This document shows positions 24,130 through 35,115 of a stretch of DNA of 64,000 bases, in pieces. Source of the DNA: Macrostomum lignano (Eukaryota). The translations under genes were made by a program, and so were the position numbers. Below the pieces are notes generated by a model, which saw only the letters and a list, made by a program, of their open reading frames with translations, was not told where the DNA came from and ran no database searches. The DNA lies in the NCBI GenBank assembly GCA_002269645.1, contig NIVC01002785.1:1-64000 (forward strand), in the 5' to 3' direction. How positions within the stretch are numbered: position 1 is the stretch's first letter; each line of letters begins with the position of its first letter.

Positions 24130-24900
24130 GGCAGGAGAGTCAGACCTCAGGATGCTGCGAGACGTGACACTGGGTGACCAAAAAGCCATCCTCTTCCTGC
24201 AGAGTCCTGCGGAGCACGTAGGTTGGAAACTCTGCAGTGGGTCCATCGGATGTTTGGAAGAACGCCATAGAACTGCTGTACACGTCCATGACTGCCCGCA
24301 CAAGCAGAGGTGGCACTCCATGCTGAGCGAGCAGCCAGGCTATGGCCAGCCTGCTGACAGAATCAAAGGCTTTGCGGAAGTCGATGATTATTGCCGCCAC
24401 CTGCTCAGTAGTTGATCTGCCAGAAAAAAAGCCACTCTGAAAAGCTGGCATGCGCGAGCTGAGCGCTGGGAGCAGGCGCGGTTTCTCAGCACGGCGTTCA
24501 GCGCTTTTGGGAGAATGCAATCCCGCGCCGGTTGTCTAGTCTGGTGGAGTTGCCTTTCTTGGGGATGGAGATGATCTTTGAAGTCTTCCACTGCTTGGTG
24601 GCAGAGGCGGGCTCGTCCCCGCCAAGGCGGTTGAGCAGGCGGTTGGTCACGGTGCCAAGCAGCTCAGGCAACTTCAGCACTCTCGGGGCGGATTCCGTCA
24701 ACTCCAGACGGAGCGTCCGCTCGCATTGCCTCCAGGACCTTAGCGACCTCGTCCATGATGATTGGAGTGAAGCAGAAGGACTCGGCTGGGGCGGACGTCA
24801 GGCCGGAGGCTGGTGGGAGAAGCAGCAATTTGGATGGCCATGCAAAGGCCTCGGGTGAAAAATTTGGGCGATGGCTATCCCAGCTGAGGGACACTTGATG
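24130..24900 (-). mobile_element. Non-LTR retrotransposon RT remnant (RTE-like), frameshifted
   Basis: WKTSKIISIPKKGN...NRRGI, FQSGF..GRSTTEQ and IDFRKAFDSVSR motifs. Confidence 0.8.
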
Positions 24901-25437
24901 GGGGCTGAGTTTACTCAATTTCCTGTCATTATAGCGATTTACAGGGTGACAATTGCGCTGTAACAGTTTAGCCAAAATGGGAGAAAAATAATTCCGACTT
25001 CTATGGACAACAATGCAGTGTCTACATTAATGCAATCACTTCAATAAAATAGTAAGTGAGAAAAATTTAAACACGCTCGTAAAAATGAGAAAGCAATGCT
25101 GTTTCCTTTTGTAGAAGTTATATATCTTCTGAAATAACTTTTGGAATCCTGCTTTTAAAGTTGGGAATGCTTAATTAAAGTCGAGCCTTTTTATGCTCAA
25201 AATAACCCAAACAAAACAACCCGAACGTTTCTGTTTGATCCTTAAGAAAATGCCATTAAGACAACCATTTGTATAGTTGTACTGATTTCCAAAGACATTA
25301 TTTCCATTTTCCGGGATTCTATTTGGTTGGATTCAACATTGCCCCGAAAATTGTCCATAAAACATGTCTATGTTTTATGTAGAAGACAAAAAATGCCTTT
25401 TTGAGGGAGCTATTCGTATAAATCACGAAAGCCGAAG

Positions 25438-25615
25438 GCTGTGTCTCAATAATACAAGCGCACATTATGAAGTGTGTCTCAATGACACAAGCGCACATTA
25501 TGAAGTGTGTCTCAATGACACAAGCGCACATTATGAAGTGTGTCTCAATGACACAAGCGCACATTATGAAGTGTGTCTCAATGACACAAGCGCACATCAT
25601 GAAGTGTGTCTCAAT
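25438..25615. repeat. 33-bp minisatellite (GTGTGTCTCAATGACACAAGCGCACATTATGAA, ~5 units)
   Basis: Direct tandem units visible. Confidence 0.9.
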
Positions 25616-26155
25616 GGACCAATTTGCTTCAATTTGCGGTAATTTACTCGAGAAAATAAGGCGGCATGCTTGCAGCTCGTAGAACTGGATAGGTAAAACT
25701 TGGCGCACAAGATGGACAATTTACGACAAAAAGATAAAATGATCAATAAATATACTTCGCCAAAGTCCTGCTTTTTCAAAGGAATGCATCTCATTGTTGC
25801 ACCTTTTTTACCCGAGCTGTCGGAGGGGTTTATTAACGGTGCTGAATTTGTCGGTCAATAGAACCTACCCTAATAGTTCAAGCGGTCGCAAAAACAGCTG
25901 AATCATCTTGCAAGAACATTCGAGAAGACATTAAGCTGAACCGCGACTGCAGGACAGTCAATCAATTTGAAGCGATAAGAAGTAGCTGCCTCTGGCAGGG
26001 CGTGGGCGGCGTGACAGGCCGAGACCGCGTCACCTGCAGCGCCACCAGCGGCACCATAAATGAGAGCCCAGCGACCGAGCCCGAGACCCAATCAGCAACT
26101 CAACCCAGCAGCCAGTCTCAAGAAGCCAGCAACCAAAGCACCCAGCTCAGCAGCC

Positions 26156-26443
26156 ATGTGCAAGCTCGTCTGCCTGTTCGCTCTCGTGGCCTTCGCCGCC
26201 GCCGCCTACACTCCGGAGCAGAAGAACGAGGTCGTGAACGACATCATTCACGAGGTCGTTCCCGTGCTCAGCATCGACACCAACTGCCTGCAGCAGAACG
26301 GCATCAGCTCCGTGACGTGCCTGGTGAGCAACCTGATCACCTGCTTCTTCTCCAGCGGCACCAACATCAGCCAGCTGGCCGGCTGCCTGGCCAGCAAGTG
26401 CGGCGGCAACGCCATCCAGATCATCAGCTGCATCAAGCTGTAA
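26156..26443 (+). CDS. Small secreted six-Cys protein, copy 4 (95 aa, opposite orientation)
   Basis: MCKLVCLFALVAFAAAA signal peptide and the same Cys spacing; intact ORF. Confidence 0.87.
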   Translation: MCKLVCLFALVAFAAAAYTPEQKNEVVNDIIHEVVPVLSIDTNCLQQNGISSVTCLVSNLITCFFSSGTNISQLAGCLASKCGGNAIQIISCIKL

Positions 26444-28104
26444 ATGCTCTGCTGGCTGTGCTCTCAAAGATAGCTAGATTTCAAATACACTTGACTACGT
26501 TGAAATCAGATTTAATACCTATTAATTCACTTGGTCTGTTGGTGGTTTTCAGTTTCGAATGACAAATTAGAGAAGCAGCTGAGTATCATCAGTCGCTGGT
26601 TTTGATGGCGATGAATTTGGTTAGAATGAGTGGCTATCTTATTAAGCTCGAATTCCTCATTGGAGTTTCTTTGTTTATTGAAGTAATGTAGAGTAGGATC
26701 GACTGCTCATTAAACGGAACGGTTCCGTATTGGGTGCGGCAGTGGGTTGAGAGGCAGAATGGAGTCCTTGCAGCCAATCGGCAACGAATATTGACAGCTC
26801 ATATTTGTAAATTATCGCGTAAACAAGTGGGAAAGTTCCAATGTGCAATTGCTAGTCAGGATGAGTCCTTGAACTAGCGCTAAAATGACTGTGTATTTCC
26901 CAGCCTTCTACAGTCACTATATTGCTAGTTTCTTAAGGACAAAGTTAAAAGCATTCCACAGTGATTGATGGCATCTTAGCAGCTCCTCTTAAGCTATAAG
27001 CTTTAACCCTAACGCTAACTAAAACGCATGGCTTGTACGCTCGTCCATTGGAAGTGGGAGAGAACAAAAAAAGCAGCTCGTAGCGTCCTTTTAATTAGAC
27101 GCATTGATCTTCTCGATGGCCTCCATCTTGAGTAGCATCCTATGACAGTTTTTCATGGCTTCATGGAGCCGCAATTGTCCAGGCAGATGCCGTCAAAGAT
27201 ACCCTGAAAGGACTCAGATCAGCCGTTTTAGTTGCTTTTGAAAGTAGAGATTTATTTTGTGGAGTGCGGCACACTGGGAAGCACGGGTGACGTGATTGGC
27301 TGCTGTTATAAGGTGCAATTTTTTCAGCCTTTTGTCTTTTTGTCTTTCAGCCTGCTTGGCTATATCTATCTTCTTTCTGCGTTCGTTAATTCAACAACAG
27401 AACAGACATAAAGGTACACAGGCCGGGCTTGTGCCATTGCACACCTTTGATGGCGACTCGCTTGTTAGAATATACCTACTATCCCTTAAAATCCTTTCAT
27501 AACATGTCATAAAATTATTCACTGTAAATTAAAAGTGGCTGAAAAAGTGGTCGAGAGGTGGCCGGTTGTAAGTGGCTGGTGAGGGACTGAAAGTGTCCTT
27601 CCTTCAGCCACTAAAAGTGACCCTCTTTTATGGCCACTTTTTAGCATTTTTTCAGCCGTTTTTCGACCCGCCGTATTACACTTTACGGTCTCATTGTCTT
27701 AGGGTCTCCTTCCGGAGACTGCAGGTGCTGTACGATCTCTCCTGATAGAATTCTCAGTACTCTATGGTCCAACCATGGGCTTTGGAGCAACCAATAAGCA
27801 AAGCAGTTGATGACTTTGAAGTGCTTGGGAAGAGATGCGGACATGCCGGTGGTTCGGAACTCGCCAGAAAACATTTAAATACTGTGCGGGTTTTTTCCAC
27901 GGAATTCCCGCGCGTATTCCAACGTATTTCCGCGGACTATCCTGGGACAGTACTCAAAGCCATTTTTCTATACACTATTTTTATGAGATGCTCCAATTCG
28001 GCATCGGTGTTCTAGGCTTAATTTGTTCGTCTATCCTAGCTGAAGCGACAACACATGCAATTATGCCTCTCTTACTCTTTAAGAAGCAAGCAAGCCGGAA
28101 ATTC

Positions 28105-28325
28105 GGTCAGCGAGCCGACGTCCCCGACCTGGTGCTGGCCCGGGAGCCGCTGACCCGGCTGCAGCTGGCGCCGCAAACCCCGCCACCCCGGAGGACCTGT
28201 CGGTGCTCAGTCAGGGCGTTGTGCTGATGGACAGCCAGCGCCTCAGCGGCGATGACTGCGTTTATGTCAGCCCGACCGGCTGGCTGACTGTCGGCCTGCG
28301 GCTGGAGGCTAAAAGTGCAGTGTGA
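28105..28325 (+). other. Isolated GC-rich exon-like fragment, possibly the end of a MATH/TRAF-type domain
   Basis: One frame ends ...LSGDDCVYVSPTGWLTVGLRLEAKSAV*, loosely like MATH-domain C-termini. It needs a frameshift near 28170 and no upstream exons were identified. Confidence 0.25.
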
Positions 28326-28737
28326 CAGCCACACCAATGCGGTACTTCACTGTTATTGAACATGCTTTCTGAAGTCGCTTGTGCTTTTATTATTGTTATT
28401 ATCATCGTAATTAATATTATTGACATTGTTATAACTGTTATTCATATTAGAATCTCATATACAGGTATTCTTGTTCACATTCAATGCCTACAGTTAGAGC
28501 CGTGTCAGAAATATACAAAATACAGAGATTGAATCATAGGCCCGAAAAATGTACACTATGTGATTTGATGGAAACTGTACGCAGACACACACAGCTCACA
28601 CGCTCACACAGGGTGTACATCGGCCCGGACTTTCTGATCGTCAGGCATGTACATGTACACTCTCTGTGCCTTGGCGTGTGAATGGCAGTTAATTAATAGA
28701 TATTTCACCTGATTTGGTTATAGCCAAAGTGTATTTG

Positions 28738-29025
28738 TTACAGCTTGATGCAGCTGAGGATCTGGATGGCGCTGCCGCCTCACTTGCTGGCCAGACAGCC
28801 GGCCAGCTGGCTGATGTTGGTGCCGCTGGAGAAGAAGCAGGTGATCAGGTTGCTCACCAGGCACGTCACGGAGCTGATGCCGTTCTGCTGCAGGCAGTTG
28901 GTGTCGATGCTGATCACGGGAACGACCTCGTGAATGATGTCGTTCACGACCTCGTTCTTCTGCTCCGGAGTGTAGGCGGCGGCGGCGAAGGCCACGAGAG
29001 CGAACAGGCAGACGAGCTTGCACAT
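28738..29025 (-). pseudogene. Small secreted six-Cys protein, copy 5, with in-frame TGA replacing Cys5
   Basis: ...AGC AAG TGA GGC GGC AGC GCC ATC CAG ATC CTC AGC TGC ATC AAG CTG TAA; paralogues have TGC at this codon. The upstream CATAAAT and GCGTCACCTGC motifs are also lost. Confidence 0.75.
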
Positions 29026-29704
29026 GGCTGCTGAGCTGGGTGCTTTGGTTGCTGGCTTCTTGAGACTGGCTGCTGGGTTGAGTTGCTGATTGGGTCTCGG
29101 GCTCGGTCGCTGGTGTCGCGGTCATTCGCACCTTAGAGGCAGCTAATCTCGTAAGTTCGACAAGTTTTACGATTAATAATGATGGTAATAATTATGCTTG
29201 ACCGAAAAAAATGCGCCAGATGACAAATATAGTTTGCTAGCTCTGTAGTCAGAATGCTAGTTGTGAATTAATATTTTATATTATCATATAATTTGAATCT
29301 TGTAAAAAGTCAGTTAAGCCTGACTGATCCACGAGACACACAATAAGCGAAATCTGGTACAGCCAGTCTCTACAGAAAATTTGAATAAAAATTATGAATT
29401 CATTTTTGATTTGCAATAAATATTAACTTTTAGGTAAAAATGTCATGATTTAAGCAGCTAAAACTTTCTTATTTGACATTGATAATGAAGTCCTGTTAAA
29501 ATAAAACAAAGTTTGAAATTTACTATCGAATTAGTGAATGAACTGCTCAAATGGACACAATTGGCCACTCAACTTTATTGGTTTTCGGTGCCCTCACTTC
29601 AATCCCGTCTTATAACATTCCTGGATCGCCGAGTCCCTGTCATCGAATTGACGTCCTTGCGTTCAAACCCTTGCCGACAAGTCCCTGTGCTCCAATCCCA
29701 GTTC

Positions 29705-30002
29705 CCACAGTCCCTTGTCCCTCAGTCTCTTGTCTCTCAGTCCCTTGTCCCTCAGTCCCTTGTCCCTCAGTCTCTTGTCCCTCAGTCCCTTGTCCCTCAG
29801 TCCCTTGTCTCTCAGTCCCTTGTCCCTCAGTCTCTTGTCCCTCAGTCCCTTGTCCCTCAGTCCCTTGTCCCTCAGTCCCTTGTCCCACAGTCCCTTGTCC
29901 TTCAGTACCTTGTCCCTCAGTCCCTTGTCTCTCAGTCCCTTGTCTCACAGTCCCTTGTCCCTCAATCCCTTGTCCCTCAGTCCCTTGTCCCTCAGTCCCT
30001 GC
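29705..30002. repeat. 15-bp minisatellite (CAGTCCCTTGTCCCT)n immediately after the MAO-like stop codon
   Basis: About 20 tandem units. Confidence 0.92.
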
Positions 30003-30009
30003 TCTCGAA

Positions 30010-33000
30010 TCAGCCGTCATGGCCAGCTTCCAGCTTGGTCGCCGCGGCGGTGGCCGCCCGCTCGCCGCTCTCAATGGCGCCTTCCATGTAGCCGACCCAC
30101 CGCCGCGCGAACTCGGTGCCGGCAAACAGCAGACGGCCGTCGCACAGGCCGGCAGTGGCCGCGGCCAAGTCGGCCAGGTGGAACCGGCCGAATCCACAGG
30201 GCGCCACGTCTGATGGGCAGCCGCCGTTAAACGGCTCGGCGCGCCAGAACTTCTCGGCGAAGTGGAGGCAGTCGGTAGCGAGGCCGGAGGCTGAATCATG
30301 AGGGAAGAATTTGGCCAGATGGCGGAGAACCGCTTCGCGACGGGCCTCCGGCGTGGGCAGGCACTCGAGGTCCTGGGAGGGCCGACCGGCCGATAGTAGC
30401 ACCAGAGCAGCTGATCCGGTGTCCGTGGTGCCTGGTGTTGAGAACCGGATGTGAATTCGATTGGAACCGGGTGTCAATTCGGGATAAGAATGAAATATAT
30501 GGATTGGAGAACCGGGAGTTAATCGGATTAGAGAACCGGAAGTTAATCGGATTAGAGAACCGGGAGTTAATCGGACTAGAGAACCGGAAGTTAATCGGAT
30601 TAGAGAACCGGAAGTTAATCGGATTAGAGAACCGGAAGTTGAGTACGGTTATAGAACCGGAAGTTAATCGGTTTATAGAACCGAAAGTTAATCGGATTAG
30701 AGAACCGGAAGTTAATCGGATTAGAGAACCGGAAGTTAATCGGATTAGAGAACCGGGAGTTAATCGGACTAGAGAACCGGAAGTTAATCGGATTAGAGAA
30801 CCGGAAGTTAATCGGATTAGAGAACCGGAAGTTGAGTACGGTTATAGAACCGGAAGTTAATCGGTTTATAGAACCGAAAGTTAATCGGATTAGAGAACCG
30901 GAAGTTAATCGGATTAGAGAACCGGAAGTTAATCGGATTAGAGAACCGGAAGTTAATTGGATTGGAGAACCGGGAGTTAATCGGATTAGAGAACCGGAAG
31001 TTAATTGGATTGGAGAACCGGAAGTTAATTGGATTGGAGAACCGGGAGTTAATCGGATTAGAGAACCGGAAGTTAATCGGATTAGAGAACCGGAAGTTAA
31101 TCGGATTAGAGAACCGGAAGTTAATCGGATTAGAGAACCGGAAGTTAATCGGATTAGAGAACCGGAAGTTAATCGGATTAGAGAACCGGAAGTTAATCGG
31201 ATTAGAGAACCGGAAGTTGAGTACGGTTATAGAACCGGAAGTTAATCGAATGAGAGAACCGGAATTTAATCGGATTAGAGAACCGGAAATTATCCAGATT
31301 AGAGAACCTGAAGTTAAGTACGATTAAAGAACCGGAAGTTGATCGGATTTCAAAAAATTCGACCAACCATCGAATCCGGTCACAATGGGAGACAGCGGGT
31401 CGCAGCTGAACAGCTCGCCGGAGTAGCCGAGCCGTCGCCACCAGGCCTCCGAGTAGGTAATGATAAACTTGGCGTAATGAGACGGCACCGCGGCACCGAC
31501 AGCCGTCTGCAGGCTGACGGCGGCCGGCTCGGAGGAGGGCAGGGCCAGGCGGGCCAGCTGGTTGGGCGGCACGGCAGCGATGACCAGGCGGGCCAGCAGG
31601 CGGTCTCCGCTGCTCAGGCGGACGGCCAGGCGGGCGCCTCCGTCTGGCGCATCGGTTGACGCCAATGACGCAGTCTCGACCTCTTCAACGCCGGCCACGG
31701 GGCTGCCAAGTCGCAGCCGGCCGGGGCCCAGCCGGTCGGCCAGGCGGAGGCTCAGACTCTGCGCGCCACCCGCCAGTCGGTAGCCCTGCGGACAGCGGGC
31801 CAAGACAGCTCGTAGGTAGGGCACGAAGACAGAAAGGCAGACGGCAGATTTAATCTGAGCTGACTGAGATCTCAGCTCAGACACCTGCCTTCTCGATGAG
31901 ATCTCAGCTCAGACACCTGCCTTCTCGATGAGATCTCAGCTCAGACACCTGCCTTCTCGATGAGATCTCAGCTCAGACACCTGCCTTCTCGATGAGATCT
32001 CAGCTCAGACACCTGCCTTCTCGATGAGATCTCAGCTCAGACACCAGCTCTCTCAGTAGGAGATCTCAGATCAGACACCTGCCTTCTCGATGAGATCTCA
32101 GCTCAGACACCTGCCTTCTCGATGAGATCTCAGCTCAGACACCTGCCTTCTCGATGAGATCTCAGCTCAGACACCTGCCTTCTCGATGAGATCTCAGCTC
32201 AGACACCTGCCTTCTCGATGAGATCTCAGCTCAGACACCTGCCTTCTCGATGAGATCTCAGCTCAGACACCTGCCTTCTCGATGAGATCTCAGCTCAGAC
32301 ACCTGCCTTCTCGATGAGATCTCAGCTCAGACACCTGCCTTCTCGATGAGATCTCAGCTCAGACACCTGCCTTCTCGATGAGATCTCAGCTCAGACACCT
32401 GCCTTCTCGATGAGATCTCAGCTCAGACACCTGCCTTCTCGATGAGATCTCAGCTCAGACACCAGCTCTCTCAGTAGGAGATCTCAGCTCAGATACCAGC
32501 TCTCTCAGTAGGAGATCTCAGCTCAGACACCAGCTCTCTCAGTAGGAGATCTCAGCTCAGACACCAGCTCTCTCAGTAGATCTCAGCTCAGACACCAGCT
32601 CCTTCAGCCGCACAAGCGCACCTGAGCACCGTCAGGCATGTCGCTGATCAGTCGCTGGAAGTCGCCAACCGAGTGGAACATTCTGGCTGCGTAGAGCGCC
32701 GAAACGGCCGCAGGCTCCTGGCCGAACAGGATCCGAATTGTCGAATCCAGAAGCGAGCGGACGTTGCGCGTCCAGCACAGGCCGGCGGCCTCCGTGCTCA
32801 TTGTGCGGCCGTCCAGTAAGGCCTGGCATTTGGCGTAGCATTTTTAAAATAGAATTGTTATCTAATGGATAGATTTCGTGTAAACATCTAATTTTAAAGC
32901 ATACATTGTGCTTAGACTACTTTCCTATGAGCATATTGAATGCAAATTACAACAGGATTTTGCAAAGAAAAGTCAAATTTGTCAATTTTTAGCAACAGAC

Positions 33001-35115
33001 ACTTGGTCACATACACTTGGTCACAGACACTTGGTCACAGATACTTGGTCACAGACACTTGGTCACAGACACTTGGTCACATACACTTGGTCACATACAC
33101 TTGGTCACATACACTTGGGTCACAGACACTTGGTCACAGACACTTGGTCACATACACTTGGGTCACAGACACTTGGTCACAGACACTTGGTCACAGACAC
33201 TTGGTCACATACACTTGGTCACAGACACTTGGTCACAGACACTTGGTCACAGACACTTGGTCGCATACACTTGGTCACATACACTTGGGCACATAAACTT
33301 GGTCACAGACACTTGGTCACATAAACTTGGTCACAGACACTTGGTCACATACACTTGGGCACATAAACTTGGTCACAGACACTTGGTCACATACACTTGG
33401 TCACAGACACTTGGTCACAGACACTTGGTCACAGACACTTGGTCACAGACACTTGGTCACAGACACTTGGTCACAGACACTTGGTCACATACACTTGGTC
33501 ACAGACACTTGGTCACAGACACTTGGTCACAGACACTTGGTCACATACACTTGGTCACAGACACTTGGTCACAGACACTTGGTCACAGACACTTGGTCAC
33601 AGACACTTGAGCAGTTAATTTTTTAGTTTAATTTTTTACTCGCAGTAAATTTAAAACTATGAATACCAGATATGTTACTATATATTTAGAGTGTAAACAA
33701 TGAATCATGAACCCAATACTTCTTTTGAACACCAAATAAGGTAAACTCTCTCATTCTCAGTGTGCTCAAGGCGAACTCTTCACTAGCCTGATCCGACGGC
33801 AACTCCGGCAACGATGCCGGCTCGCTCCCAGCAGCTTCGGGCACAAGCGACGACCTGCCTGACACCGACAGTCGGGACTCGAACCGGTAGATTGCCTGCG
33901 CCAAGTCCAGGTTGCCCAGCAGGCCAATGCTGGGCAGCTCGCCCGAGTAATTTGTCACCCTGCCGTCCGCTAGCTGAAGCAGCTTGCGGCCCTGGGGTTG
34001 GTTGTTGGGATTGGCTTGTTGATTCAATGCGGCCTCTGAGATCTCATTAGCGCCATTTCCTCCGATTTGACACATCTGAGATCTCATTAGCGCCATTTCC
34101 TCCGATTTGACACATCTGAGATCTCATTAGCGCCATTTCCTCCGATTTGACACCTCTGAGATCTCATTAGCGCCATTTCCTCCAATTTGAAACCTCTGAG
34201 ATCTCATTAGCGCCATTTCCTCCGATTTGAAACATCTGAGATCTCATTTGCGCCATTTTCTCCAATTTGACACATCTGAGATCTCATTAGCGCCATTTCC
34301 TCCGATTTGAAACATCTGAGATCTCATTAGCGCCATTTCCTCCAATTTGACACATCTGAGATCTCATTTGCGCCATTTTCTCCAATTTGACACATCTGAG
34401 ATCTCATTAGCGCCATTTCCTCCAATTTGAAACATCTGAGATCTCATTAGCGCCATTTCCTCCAATTTGAAACATCTGAGATCTCATTAGCGCCATTTCC
34501 TCCAATTTGAAACATCTGAGATCTCATTAGCGCCATTTCCTCCAATTTGAAACATCTGAGATCTCATTAGCGCCATTTCCTCCGATTTGACACCTCTGAG
34601 ATCTCATTAGCGCCATTTCCTCCGATTTGAAACATCTGAGATCTCATTTGCGCCATTTTCTCCAATTTGACACATCTGAGATCTCATTAGCGCCATTTCC
34701 TCCAATTTGAAACATCTGAGATCTCATTAGCGCCATTTCCTCCGATTTGACACCTCTGAGATCTCATCATCCTAGAGATTATCAAAGACAAAGATTAGAA
34801 GAATTCTCAAATGCGAACAGCCAAGTAGCACCTCATTGAACTGCTGGTAGCGGCTGATGCCCAGTTCCTCGGCCAGCTGGCACACCCGAGGCTGGCAGTC
34901 GCCGACCCACTGCCCGCCCAGGTCCCACCAGTCTGTGCCGCCGCTGCCACTGCTAGGCAAGGCGGTGCTCAGGGTCCGGCCGCCCACCCGGTCCTTGGCC
35001 TCCAGCACTAACAGGCGGGCCGCTGGCCGCGACTCCAGCAGGCGGACAGCTGCCACCAGGCCGGAAATTCCAGCGCCAATTATCAGGGCATCAAATGGCT
35101 GGTTGGAAGCCTGAG
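30010..35115 (-). CDS. Flavin monoamine oxidase family protein; exons ~35115-34832, 33991-~33800 (3' end unresolved), 32822-32622, 31785-31368, 30431-30010; start exon not located
   Basis: FAD-binding DALIIGAGISGLVAA...VLEAKDRVGGRT, DLGGQWVG, GGAQSLSLRLA and C-terminal LLFAGTE...GYMEGAIESGERAA. Splice phases are consistent where resolved. Confidence 0.88.
30480..31345. repeat. 24-bp minisatellite (AGAGAACCGGAAGTTAATCGGATT)n filling an MAO-like intron
   Basis: About 35 tandem units with recurring variants. Confidence 0.93.
31855..32600. repeat. 32-bp minisatellite (GAGATCTCAGCTCAGACACCTGCCTTCTCGAT)n filling an MAO-like intron
   Basis: About 22 tandem units. Confidence 0.93.
32995..33610. repeat. 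14-bp minisatellite (ACACTTGGTCACAG)n in an MAO-like intron
   Basis: About 43 tandem units. Confidence 0.93.
34035..34768. repeat. 40-bp minisatellite (CTGAGATCTCATTAGCGCCATTTCCTCCGATTTGACACAT)n filling an MAO-like intron
   Basis: About 18 tandem units. Confidence 0.93.

Noticed and set aside
26714-26728. Perfect 15-bp palindrome ACGGAAC-G-GTTCCGT
   Set aside because: Single and short, with no TSD or recurrence; compatible with chance in 64 kb.
30480-34768. Regular 24-46-bp repeat arrays here and elsewhere as possible CRISPR arrays
   Set aside because: Units are head-to-tail with no unique spacers, there are no cas genes, and the context is eukaryotic and intronic.
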